Assembly: GCA_024704765.1 (NCBI GenBank)
Contig: JAKMXF010000332.1
Location: 602,018-666,017, forward strand
Direction: 5' to 3'
DNA: 64,000 bases
Source of the DNA: Oopsacas minuta
Lineage: Eukaryota > Animalia > Porifera
Position 1 is the first letter of the stretch, and each line of letters starts with the position of its first letter. Of this stretch, positions 51,072 to 64,000 are shown one piece after another. Made by a program: the position numbers and the translations under genes. A model generated the notes under the pieces. The model did no database searches, was not told the DNA's origin, and worked only from the letters and a program-made list of their open reading frames with translations.

Positions 51072-53809
51072 TATGGTGTTGTGAAAAATACTATTTCGTT
51101 CAATTTCTTTTTGTTGGGGTAATTTGGGATGTGGTTGGATGTCATTTACCCAAATATATATAAGTAACCTAACATTTGCTTCATTTTCCCCATGGAACAA
51201 ATTCATTTAGGTTGGCACAATGGAAAATGGGCCTTATTTATCCGGCTCATGACATACTTTACTTTATCCTCGATTTCTAATATCTTCCCATTGAATCTGC
51301 TTTCTGTATTCCACTATAAATAACAATTTAATGTTCTTGATTGCATTATATTAGGATTTCTATGTTGTTATTATGTGAATGTACATTAACTAATTGATAA
51401 GATAATCCATTGTAGCGTTGAAAATAGGTAAATTTTCTCGAGAAATGGCTCTATTTAGTATGTATCTATGTCGTCCTTGATGACCGCATCGCTTTATGGA
51501 TGCTTCAGTAACCTCTTTAACCCATCTTTCTGCATTCTGGGAATGACAAGGATAGGATGGAATTATCAATGGTTCATCAATGGCTGATGCAGCTCCACAT
51601 CTGTGAAATTCACCGTTAACGGTGGTTCTGTAATTGATAATCCATCTAATTCTATAAGATTTGAATTTGTTGAAGCATCAAAATTTATTTTTTGAACTTT
51701 AAATTTCCTCGTCTCGGTTGGAAGGTCCAAATTCCGTGAATTCACAACTTACCGACACTTCAGGATAGTTTCTGTGGCTCTCTTTCTTAGATCTGGGGAA
51801 TTATCTGAAAGTATAGATATAAGGATATTTCTGGATGACTCCAATACCCATTTGTTTCAAGTACTCTCTGAGCAACAATTCTGTCAGCCTCTGGTAATTC
51901 CTTAGATAGTTGAACAAGACAGCAGAAATTTTTTGCACCATCAGTTTGAGTGCAAAACCCTTTGAAGCGAAACCATCCTGGAACATACTGATTAAGAATA
52001 CAATTCACGATACGCTTTAGTTCAGAAGTTGGAGTTAATTTGGAAATATATAGCCTAAGGATTCTGTTTAGACGTGTATTCCATCTTGAATTATTGATAA
52101 ATACCAGGTTCTTTGGTTAGTTAGATCCCTGTACAATGATCTGTGCCATTTGAACAGCAAGTGCCATCTCATATAAATACTTCAGATCTGTATTAAGTTT
52201 CTTTACACGCTCAGCTGGTATATATTTTACTTTTCCGGAAACTGGCTCAAAATGAACAAGAGGAAATTTTTAAGATATTTTTTGATTTCCTTACTAATAG
52301 GCCCAGTGTATAAACTTGGTCCACTATTACTCAATTAATTTCTTTGAATATGTGCCTTAGTGGTAACTCGCTTGTATGAAGGTCACACACAGCTTGTTGA
52401 GATGGTTTTCCCAACTTAATCTCAATGAGTCTATTGATAATCCCATGAGGTCCAGTATTTACTGGAGTTCCATCGCACCCTAGTACGATTAAATTGGCAT
52501 CAGTTTCTAGGATGACAAAAAATATATCACTGGCTTTATCTATTGCTTTTCCTGATTTTGGTGATACGTTATCAATATAAATGCTTCCTGGTTCTGCCAT
52601 AATTACTTCATGGTTTTCCTTTTTAGTAATGTACTTGAATTTGCATTACATTCAACTTTTGTTAGGGCTTTATCTTCTCTGCCATCATAATAAAGTGCTA
52701 TTATAGGTTTATTTGTATTCCTGAGGATATTATCCTTCTCTGCCCTTTCCCCATCTCTCTCTTTCCCTGAGAAGTTTGCTGTGGTCGCTAATGTCATTCA
52801 GATTTACTTTTTTAAGTATATCATAATCCTGCAACACAACATTTGCAATGGAGGCCCCTGCACGGTTGCTTATGCCATATCTATCGCCCATTCGAGAGAG
52901 GTTGGGATTATACGACGATTTTGGTCAGAGAGAGACTGTGGGATGCTTTTTGATTCATACGTTTCGTCACTTTGATCAGATTGGTTAGGATCTTCTTCTA
53001 CAATCTGAAGGAAACTTTTGAGGTCTAGATAGAGTGAACTGTTATCTCCAATGTCCTTGTCCAGTACAGCTTTAATTTCCATTTCTTCTTTCCTTTTTAT
53101 CCTCTTTTTATAGATTTCTGATCTCTTTTGGTCATTTCCGGAAATAACATATTTCTGATTGTTCTCTTTACTTTAATATAATCAATTCCAAGGTCTGGGA
53201 TTCGATTCTCTATTGGGAAGCTCCTACAAGGTTTGTTATCAAGAAACTCGCGCTTACAACATAAAATATCGAAAGCCACTAAAAATTTGCTTTCATATTG
53301 TCATTCTTTTCACAATTATAGTTGTCTTTTTCTCTTATTGCCATTTGAGAAGTTTAAGACGTCTTTTCACAGTTTTTCTATATTATCAATGTCTGCTTTT
53401 TGCTTATGATATTCGACCTTTCTAGAACGTATTAGCCTTCCTCATCCAGGATAAATTTTTCGTTATGATCTAACTTCTTTTGCCAGATTGACTGCCTAGT
53501 TAAACTGCCATAAGGATACAATCTAAGAATTATGCGATAGTAGAATAATGTAAGAGGACATTAAATGGCAATTAGTAGTAGTTAAAATAAATAGAAATTT
53601 ATTAGGAATCGAATATAAAGTTAAAGTATGTCATCTATCGGACAAATAGGGCCCCTTTTCCATTGTTCCAACCTAAATGAATTTGTTGCATGGTCTCAAT
53701 GATCAAATGTTTGGTTGTTTGTATATATTTGGGTAAATGACATCCAACCACACCCTAAATTACCCTAAACGAAAGAAATTGAGCGAAATAGTATTTTCAT
53801 AACACTCTA
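51072..53809 (-). mobile_element. hAT-related element (hATx-like clade), 2738 bp, decayed transposase
   Basis: About 170-bp inverted arms (51072-51244, 53639-53809) flanked by ATATATAT on both sides. Motifs FDILCCK, LYYDGR, EPGSIYI, CDGTPVNTG, CDLH.SELPLRH and PCHSQNAERWVKEVTEAS. The clade name is from memory. Confidence 0.85.
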
Positions 53810-55321
53810 ATATATATATGACCCTTGTTAACCCTGGAGGCAGTCAAATTTGAAAGAATGATTATTGCTAACAACACATACACTAATCGGGACACCATGA
53901 AACTCTTGGTCCTTTATTTGATGATGATCTACTTCAGAGTGGCGATCAATATAACCAAAACTGATCTCATCAAATTCCCAAATCTACAGATAGTTATCCT
54001 TTGAAGAGATAACTGGTTATATGTCCATTAACCTTGGACGGCGCATGTGAGATACAGTCTCCCAAGATTCAAAATCATGTTTCCAATGTTTGAAACAATA
54101 TCTAATTTGGTACGGATTTCTTAAATGACTTATCCATCTCTTTCAATCATAAAACAACTGTGTAAAAAAATATTTTTTCAAATGATGAGTTAGCAAGGAA
54201 GATATTTGTAAATATCCATGAAAATGACATTTTTATTTCTGCATTTTCTATTTACATAGATGTTTGAAATATTAATCACTATTGTTCATAATTAATATTT
54301 TGGCCCATGGATATATTCATAGGAATATTAATATGGGCTCACGAATAATCAACTCACATACATTCACTAGGTTTACAGAATTTTATCAATTGTATCTTGA
54401 TGTGAAATCCGTCCGATGGGGATTATTCTAAGTTCCCCAAAGTCATGTACATCTTCTGGAACACAGGGAAACATGAGTGTGTGTATTTGAAATAAATATT
54501 TTCTGAAATAGACTTTCTATGTTTGCATAGGAAATGTATATTTTTTCGAGAAGATATTTGTTTTGATAAATTCAAGTTTATAGAAAGTTTGCATGCAGTT
54601 AAGTACTTGAAGTGTTGCAAATTTTGAATTGATTGTTTATAAATCTTCAAGAGTCTTAGCATTTTAAAAATATAGGCTGAAAGTGGAATTCCGTCTACGT
54701 TTAATGGATATTTCTCATAAACCAAACTTGAAGTCTTCAGCGTCAATGCCACATATACAGCTAAAGGCGGTCACTGAGATACGGATTTTGGAGTCGCTTG
54801 TCTATCAATGGATCGCTATAAAAGGGAGCATCCTTCGGTATGTAACAACGACATTGTTGAATGTGTCCAAGTTGAGTTGGATTAAACTTATCCGTTACGA
54901 GTGCTCCTGAGTGTGATTATAACTTCTTAATTATGCTTCATGATGAATAGATATAACTATGGATTAAAAATCCAATGTATCCTTTGGAGTTGATATCAAA
55001 TTTTCCAGTTATGTATGGATTAATGCTTGGACATCACGAACACAATAAATGGGCCAAGTAGTGGTGGATGGAACCACGATCACCCTTGCACCACCTTGAA
55101 ACATTTACGAAACTTTGTGATAATATCACTGAAATTCAAAATCATGCAATGCATCGCGAATTCATTTCTGCTCTTTGTGCCGGCCGCTAGCCTTATGTCC
55201 GAGTCCTTGAATATGCCTAATCGGACGTGATTTGAAACCAAAACATTATTTTGAGTCTTCGAAGTTGGGAATAGATACTTCAGGATATATTTTCGATGGA
55301 TTATGATGAATATTTGATATA

Positions 55322-56611
55322 CAAGGGTTGTTCAATAAGTAATGAGACTAATTTATCGAATTCATATTCTAGTTAATACAGCTTTAAGTCTAATTTCAGA
55401 TTACAAGCCTAACTTGATTGTCTAACCTAAATACAATATACTCTTTACTCTACTAGCATATTCTTCAGTATAAATTTTCATGTGTATAGGCTACTTTTTT
55501 CAACTAATTGATATTAGCAAAGAGGAAAAAGACAAATAATCTAGTACCAGTGGAAAAAGGGGAAGACTGGCTTCGTGAAATGCAGGATATTTTCGGTGAT
55601 GAATGTCCTATGAAAGCCACCATATATAGATGGATCAGACGTTTTGATAATGGCGATGAGGACCTCAACGATAACCTCGTCCAGGTTGTTCGACTTCCTC
55701 AAAAACCCGCAGTAATATCGAGAGGATCCAAACAATTTTGTACGAGGACAGACGAATAACCCTGCGGGAGTTAGAAGAGCGGGTAGGTATATATAAAGCC
55801 ACATTACATTTGACTATCACTGAAGATCTGGAAATGTCGAAGGTAACTACGCGTTGGGTCCCAAAACTTCTTTCAAAATAACGCAAACACGAAAGGGTCA
55901 GAGTTAGCAAAGAATTACTTTTAAGATACAAGGCAGAGGAAGACTTTTTGGATCGTATAGTAATGGGGGATGAAACTTGGTTTCATTATTATGAACCAGA
56001 GAGCAAAACTCAATCGAAGCAGTGGAAGAGACGTGATGAACCTGTACCCATCAAGGCAAAGGCCGGAAAATCAGCAGGGAAGAGAATGGCAACAGTATTT
56101 TGGGATAGGGAAGGAATTATATACCTTGACTGGTTACCTGAGAAGACCACCATAAACAGTGATTATTACGTTGACGAATTGAAAGAATTGCGTCAAGCGA
56201 TTAAACGTGAGAGGCGGGGCAGGTGAACACGTGACGTATTGCAGTATCATGACAACACAAGTCCCATGTAAGCTCCAAGACAATGGCTACAATTGACGAC
56301 TTGGGATTCGAATGCCTCCCTCATCCGCCATATAGTCCAGACCTGGCTCCCAGCGACTACTGGCTATATGGAAAGATGAGGAGACCCCTTCCAGAGAAGA
56401 GATTTCAAATGGCTTGAGTATGAAATACAACAGTGGGAAAATGAATCCCTAAAGAATTCTATACCACTGGCCTGAAAAGTTACCAGAACGATGGAAACGA
56501 TGTACAAAGTTAAAGGGGGAATTCATCGAAACATTTGATAATCAATTATGATAGGTATAGGTTTACTATATAAATTATGAAAAAGTCTCGTTATTAATTG
56601 AACAATGCTTG
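55322..56611 (+). mobile_element. Full-length decayed mariner (DD34D), 1290 bp
   Basis: TA-flanked imperfect 28-bp TIRs (caagggttgttcaataagtaatgagact). Motifs WVPKLL, GDETW, HDN and YSPDLAPSD, with 34-residue spacing after a 1-nt repair. Confidence 0.9.
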
Positions 56612-57723
56612 TACTTAACCAAACAATGTATCCATTCCATGGATTATTTCTTAAGTCCCTGTAATACCAAAAGTTCCTGGTGTATCCCGGATGCGTCGGT
56701 CGTTTACGACGACTATACATTAAACCCTTGATTGATGGCTTGTAGATTACACGCAAATGTTCAGCTTGCCTAAATTCCACTTGCTAATTGAAATCGGACA
56801 GAAGTGGGGATGACATCCTCGGCACAGCGGCTGATGGAGAAATAGAATTCCATGTATTTTAGAAATTTACAGAATGTTTCCCAATAATGGTTCATCTTAT
56901 ATCTTGATTAGTAAAAGGATTGTAGACATATCAAAATGTCAGTCTCACAATTTGAACAAGCATTAATCCAATCTGTCCTCCCCTTTTCTACAAAAGTCCA
57001 TATTGTTAGTCGCCACTTGACCCCTTTCCACTGAACTATCTTCCTGTTCTGTTGGAAAGGGCTTTGTGGTAGTTTCGGAACAAGGAACAGAATCTGCCCA
57101 TTCTATATTCGGTGAACTTGGCAGGCATTATACATGTGTAGTGAGGAAATGAAACTACCCAAGGTCTCTACTAGAACATTACCAGAGGCAGTTTTTGCAT
57201 TTTCTAGGATCCTGGGATCTAGGTTCCGGTATGATAAGGTGGACCGCAGTAGGACTTTTAGTCATGATGAAGCAATATACTTAAGTAAGAAATCAACTGA
57301 ATGAAAGAACCAAATTTTAGGAAATCTTTGGTGACTATGGCCTCTTTCCTCTGAATCCTTTTCCCTCGTGACTTTAAAATACATGCATCAGAACGCCATT
57401 TATCCAGACTTCAGCCATCTTCATGCCTATTTACCGAACGCATTTATTCTCCATCCACTAAAATTCATTATTTCTTTATCCCGAAAGCCACTAAAGATTT
57501 GACAACTATTCGCAAAGGCGTTAAGTTTTAGGGAACAAGATCAAATTGGGGGCGGGTTCCATCATCCGAAATTGTTGTTATCATACGGCTCCAAATTTTG
57601 TGGGTCCATTACTCACTTTTGCACCTAATACATTAGAATTTCTGTTATCGAACCACCGCTCGATCATGTTCGGATAACTGACGTTCTACTGTAAATTGAA
57701 TTATTTATACGCGTATATACGGC

Positions 57724-58120
57724 CAGGCTTTCATCCAGGAGCGCCACGCGCGCCTACAGGCGCGTATTGACAAAAATTTGTAGAGTTAGGAGCAAGAAAA
57801 TTTGTTATGTTACGCACCTAAACTAGTTGCGCTGTATGCGCCAATATAAGCGGATCATGTAATGGGTTACGTAACAATCATAATGGTCAGAGAGACAATG
57901 AATAAAGATAAATATGCAATGTTAGGTCAATACTTACTTATTTATAGTGAAAGATTCTAGATAACATCTCTGGAATGTAGTATTAACTGTATTATATGAA
58001 TGGAGTAATTGTTTGCTTAAAATTTGGGTTGATGGCTCGAAAATTCAAATAGTCTAGGCGCGTAAGCCAAATCGAGAACTCAGTTAGGCGCGCTACATAT
58101 AAATACTGGAAGAAACCCTG
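57724..58120. mobile_element. Possible hAT-like MITE
   Basis: CAGGCTTTCATCCAG / CTGGAAGAAACCCTG ends (13/15 match) and subterminal GGCGCG motifs. Flanks share only TATA, so the TSD is unconvincing. Confidence 0.4.
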
Positions 58121-61100
58121 TATAACCAATTTGTTTTTGGCCATGAGTCAAATTCTGTACTGTAGGATTGTTTGAAAAAATATTTTGCTTCTCGAAACCC
58201 CAGAAGAAATGCGCACCCTGATCATTTCTGAAATTTTTATTTGACATTAGGCTTGGGTAATTATGCATCATAGCATGATATTATTGTTAATTGATGTTCT
58301 GCTTCATCTATATTAATAAAATTCAATTATTATGTTTGTGTCTTTGTGTTTTTGTTTATAGTCCACTTTGTATTATAATGATAAGGGAAGATGATTTGAG
58401 TATATATTATAGGGAATATCATATCCTTCTGTTGACGATATAGGAAAAGTAAACAATTCCATTGGTATAATCAAGTACGATGAATCCGAATTTCGCATTT
58501 TCAAGTTTCTCATGTGTAAATTCATTGTAGTTTTTATGAATATGAAGTAAACAAATAATTGAAAAATCAAATATTCGTAGAGACTTGTTCTTTACAGTTC
58601 AATATGAGTATTTAGATACGCAGAGATACTATTCAAGTTTCTCAAATGAAAATTTCAAGTAAACAAATATTTGAAATTTATACTTTTTTAATTCATTTGC
58701 TAAATTCGAGGCACCAAATGCATATTCTCATGCGAACACAAAGTGTGCACATGGCGTATCACCAGCAAGCGGAGCTGCTTGTTGTAGTTAAATGCATTGA
58801 TGCAACCAGTTTGGTTAACTAGAAATTCACTTACCACATATATAGTGAATAATCTTATGAATTCTGATTGCCATTCTGATATGTTTTATAGGATAGGAAT
58901 TAACTATGAACATAATTTCTGTTTCCTAACTTGTTTCTGAGTCACATAAATCGTTTCACACAAAGTATGGCAAATAGTCTAATCGTCAAAAGATTTTGTG
59001 TGAGTCCTCATAATCTTTAAACTAAGAAATATTCAATGTCTCACCAACCATGTATATTTTCCAGGATCTTGCATTACTTATCTTTATTATCGATCCTCTA
59101 CATCATCTTTAAAGTGATTTTGAAAGATCTACCTACCTGTCTCTCAAATTTTTTATATTTCTTTCACATTTTACTTAAATACAAGATAGTGTCATCTGTA
59201 TTGTAATAATACGTGAGTATATGACCTACACCGTGCTGTATATGAATCAATTCATACCTATTACCAACAGAAGTTAACATTATTGCATGCAAATATGCAG
59301 AAAGTATCAGATAATTTATACATTATCTCAGTCGATCCTGTATAATAATGTGAAATAATTATTTAGAGAGTTAATATAGTCATAACTAAACTAAACGTTC
59401 CTAGCTAAGTCGAATATGGTGTCAGTTGATGGGGTTAGGTCAATATTTGATAATCGAATGTTGTTACAATCCTATGCTGCAAGGCCAAAAAGTAACCGAG
59501 AGTAAAATTATTGGATGGAACAACCGATTCTGCTCTTTCGAATGATGCTAATTTCGGTTAAATTTGATGAGTAGAAGCGAATCAAATTTGTGACTACAGT
59601 GACCCAGTTGAATAAATGAGCGTTATCTTAGCAGCAGATTCAGCATCACCTTTTCCTGTAAAAGAATGTGTTCAATTTTGAAAGGAACCATACCAGTGAA
59701 ATGAAGAAAGTTGGTGCATTTCATATCATCACTTATGATCACGAATTTTTTATAATGAGTATCTAATTTTTCATTACATTTTGCTCTAGGTTTTCATTAA
59801 TATCTCTTAAAATATTGTGATACAAATTGAGAATTTTTTCAAAATACAAATTAATTCACTTTATATTACAGTTTGCCTATCTATCCTTTCTGTATTGAAC
59901 TGATTGATTGACTGCTAAGAATTAAAGATTGAATTTCTCATGCATATATAGAACAGGCTAAACCTAGAAACAGGTACTATTGATGCAAAACATTTACAGC
60001 TCTATAAGGGAAGGTTAACAAATGTCTTCACCAAATAAGATTCGAAAGGACGATCTACACTTCAATCTGTAATTTGAAATGTTAGAATGGTAAAAGAAAC
60101 AAGGATTATTTCCAGGAGTTGTTTCTCCGGATGAATGCTCCATAATGTGGAGTAACTTCTTTCTGATTCAAATTAGAAAGAAGTTACATCTATGTGGCAA
60201 CAATCCTATCGACAATCAAAATTGTCTCTATTCGATTGCCATCCCTGCCGCGAAGGTTTCAAAAATAGAAGGCCAAACTTTATAGCGTTTTGACCCTATA
60301 TCTCACCACTATATTTAATGCTTGAAAGTTGTATATAATGACACAAGCTAGTAGTTTAATTGAAAAGCGAGGTAGCATGAATGGAAGGTGACACATTCCT
60401 GGGTTGCTAAGTAAATGTATTTCCGTTTGTTGAAGCTATAACTTAAAGAATATTAATAGAACCATTCATACCAACTTTTGTTTTCATTTTAACAACTCGC
60501 ATCTCTCATTATATACTACTTGTGTGTAATTACATCATGACGCTTAGAACATGATTTAATTAAACATAGTTTGTAAAGCAGCAAAGCAACTTTTTCGAAA
60601 TTGCATTATGAGATATTATATTCCAAATCCCGTATATCGCTACTATACCAATGAGCTCTATCATGTCTGCCCAGATATAGGATAAAATTATAGACTATTT
60701 GATAATATGGAATATCAACTCACATACTTGAGTTTTCAAAATCTGGGCCATTGTGATCTCTAGAATTGTCAACTGTATTGTTATTCAATGCATTACTGTT
60801 GGATAGGAAGTCATTGTTGGGAGTTGATGGCCATATTGCCTTACCAAAATATTCGTGATATGTGAGTTGTGTAGTTTTAACACTTTTCTCCATTATGTTG
60901 ATATTGTTAAAATATCGCGCTCAAATTGACATCAACTTGAGAATTGTGCTATTATACAATGAAACAGTGTTTCATCTAGCCAACCGCCATGGCTTGTCAA
61001 AAAATTGATTCATCACCTGAGGGGTGCTTAAGAAATTGATTTACCCCTTAGACGGTGGTCAAGGAATTATGTATACCTAGAGCATTTCAATTGTGTGGTC

Positions 61101-61439
61101 TTGGGGTAGATAAATCTCAAATTAAGTTGCAACAATTGAGTGCTACACAAGCCATTTAATGGTTAGAGCATGAACCTAACTGTTAACTTTCTAAATGCTG
61201 CAAAGGGCATTGCAAATTAAACCAGATTAACAAAGGTACTTGGATAAAAATACGATATACAAGCCATTCAATATATACTAATCAATGAATATTTTTAATG
61301 AAATAGCAGTTCAAAGCTAGTTTTTCTCAGTGCATTATATAGAACCTTGTTTCAACTTTCTAACAAAACTTAGAGAGAGTTGATCACTTAAATATTTCCC
61401 AAGTTTCAGATATTTTTAGAAACCTACATTTTCTTCTTT

Positions 61440-62440
61440 ACATTTTTCTTGTCTTCTTGACCAAATTTTCGGAACTTGAACAACGAACGTGCATCAAATT
61501 TCGCACCATTCCCGAAATTCCCTCCGAAGTCTATTCATGACGAGTTGGCAACGATATGTGGGGGACAAGTTCTATCGTATTCAACTGTCAGAAGGTGGGT
61601 AAGCCTATTTAGGGAAGATAGGACTTCTGTCCAAGACGCCCCTCATCCTGGAGCACCAAACTGGTGAACAACATTGACAATTTTAGTGAAGTAAAGGAAT
61701 ACGTCGAGTCTTTTAGCTTTCTTCGGTTAAGGAGGTAGCTAATTATGTTGGCATTTCTACGGGAAGTGCACACATAATTCTGAAGGCGGATTTAGAAATG
61801 AGGAAGGTCCAAGCGCGATGGATACCACATTACTTAACTTTCCCACAAACGGCCGCTAGACTTCAAATGCTAAGGAAAACCTTGAAATTTATGAAGGGAG
61901 TCCCTAGGCGGTTATTAGAGATAGTACAGGGGATGAAACATGGATACAATTTGAACCACTGACCAGAAAGCAAGATGGCAGGGCATGACTAAAGAAGGGA
62001 GCGGTACCCCCAGCTGTTTGTGTGTCCGACTTCCGTACCCTAAAGGTCTTGTAGTACATATTTTTCGATGGGCTAGGTCCTGTAGCCCAAATCCCTGTTC
62101 CCAAAGGTCAGACACTCACGGGACAATTTTACGTAGATGTGGTGTTGCCTGAGGCCGAAAAACTTTATCTTAAGCGTCGTTTAAGGACTGGAACTCGTTG
62201 TTTCAAATTTTTGCACGATAATACTAGACCACATAAATGTTTGGCTGTAAGGCAAAAAATTAAGGATATAGGTATGCACGAAGTCCAACATCTACCTTCT
62301 CCCCTGATATAGCTTCATGTGAGTTCTGGCTGTTTAGAAAACTCAAAGATAACCTCTCCGGATGCAAATTTGAGGATCGGCTCAGCTTCAGTCAGGCAAT
62401 TTACAGATACCTTGAAGTCATACCCAAGGATTAGTTTCCC
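61440..62440 (+). mobile_element. Degenerate mariner element
   Basis: LSYSTVRRWV, WIPHLL, TGDETWI, LHDN.RPH and a SPDIASCE remnant; many frameshifts. Confidence 0.8.
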
Positions 62441-63422
62441 ATTCAGTGTCGGCTTATGGAAGTTCCACTGAATTACTTAGATTAGAGACAGTATAACTAT
62501 GCTATTTAATATCAACATTCATTCAGTTATTCACCAGGAGATAAGTGCAACTACTTACTCAGAATTTTTTATAGAGATACCCCTTAGAAGAATAGGGGAC
62601 AATTGGAGGAAGTGTTAGCACACATCAAAGACGTCAGGATTCGTGGACATCATTAAATTCTGATTCATCAATCGACCATGAGTATCCTGAAGAACAAATT
62701 TTACGTTAATTGAAAGGGTATACATATTTGTGTTGTTGTGAACGAAGTTGAGTTGAGGTTTAGCGATAATACAGACGCAGTTATTAACCAACTACGATGT
62801 TTAATCAAAAATTTGATTTGATTAAGTTTGAATAGAATTACGCATCGAATCAACAACTCTGATATTGATTATAGTTTTATTCAGACCACTTATTTTGCAT
62901 CCAGTACATTAACTGCTATAGTGAGAATAGCAAACTTTGCATATATATATATATTCCTCTCCCCTGATTTCGGTCAGTCTTTTGTTAAGCCCCCTGGAAT
63001 TTAGTGACTAGATCTATCCCTAAATGTGAATTCACAAGTAACCAATCCTTTAGTCAGATTAACTTACCTGATAGCTTACTATACATAAAATCTCACTGTT
63101 AAATTGTGAAATTTGGAATAGCCATATTGTTTTGGCCTATGTATTTATATGAGGATTCTTTATTTCAGAATTAGTGCACATTTCGGAATTACCATCAAGA
63201 TTATATGGTTATAGATTAGAAACAAAACTTTATGATTGAGTACAAATAATAATGTTGGATACTTCAGGACAGTGAATGCCGATTACGATAACATCATTGG
63301 GAACTGGAGGTAATATTCTTTCATCCAGGATGCTCCTATAGCCGATATAAAATATGTAGTAGATGTCGGTTCTGAAAACACTTCATATAAATACATTTAG
63401 ATGTAGAAACCATATTAAAGTA

Positions 63423-64000
63423 TAACTGGTGTTCACAAAGTTCCTGACCCTACCCCAGATTTTTGTTAATATACAGAATACACATTTACAATTGTTGTAT
63501 TTTCTCGAAATAATCACCATTAATGTCTTTGACTCGCTGTAGACGATCTAGCCATTTAAAAAATACATTTTTATAGTCTTCGGGTGGGATGTCTTTAGGG
63601 AGCTCCAAATTGCGTTGTAGGTCGATCTGGTAACAAAATTCCTCCCTGCAAGGTCCCTTTTCAACCTTTGCAAAGAGCCAGAGATCACAAGCAGCGAGGT
63701 CAGGTGAGTAGAGTGGGTTATCTGGCTCAACAACTCTCATTCTATCCAACTCTGACTTTATGAGCTTAGTTTTATGTGGTTGTGCATTATCGTGCAATAA
63801 TCGCATGCCCCACGGTTCAGGCTTTGGCCTCTGCTCCCAGTAATGTTTTTCTACTTCTGAGAGGCAACTGTTGGCATAAAAGCCCCGGTAATTGTTTTCC
63901 TTTTGGTATTATAATCTGGGCAACTGGGCCATGTGTATCAAAGAAAATTGAGTACATGAGCTTCTGATCTCTGAAGTACGGGCCAAGATTGAGTAGAGGC
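63423..64000 (-). mobile_element. Mariner 3' half, cut by the window edge
   Basis: LLHDNAQPH and YSPDLAACDLWLF in ORF 63486-63806. Confidence 0.8.

Noticed and set aside
54400-55300. EnSpm/CACTA-like NVDGIPL motif
   Set aside because: The expected SS...WP continuation is absent and other candidate motifs are in the wrong order.
58340-60030. Candidate eIF3d exon 3 at acceptors near 58359, 59064, 59790 and 59973
   Set aside because: The phase-0 frames hit stops quickly and lack EEMDF or other eIF3d motifs.
61160-61169. tRNA A-box-like TGGTTAGAGC
   Set aside because: No B-box or cloverleaf nearby.

Overview
AT-rich eukaryotic (probably metazoan) genomic DNA dominated by DNA transposons and their relics. 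Two host genes are supported, both on the + strand. One is a single-ORF type I phosphatidylinositol-4-phosphate 5-kinase (4527-6275). The other is translation initiation factor eIF3d, which the ORF track hides: coding exon 1 (16546-16797) and exon 2 (48175-48471) join in frame across a predicted 31,377-bp GT-AG intron packed with transposons, and the exons for the cap-binding domain were not found in the window. Elements with intact termini and target-site duplications (TSD) are a Buster/SPIN-type hAT (9132-11402, inserted into an older Tc1-like transposase), a Chapaev element (43121-45953, one frameshift), a Chapaev3 element (34127-36416), a hATx-like element (51072-53809), a mariner (55322-56611) and a 171-bp hAT MITE. 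Relics include a second Chapaev3 cut by the window edge, a Transib/RAG1-like transposase, a THAP-P element, several mariners, a maT-like Tc1 element, Ty3/Gypsy gag-pol and Helitron/HINE-like repeats. No rRNA, tRNA or CRISPR array was found. All family assignments rest on motifs read by eye and recalled family knowledge; no database search was run, and the boundaries of degenerate relics are approximate.
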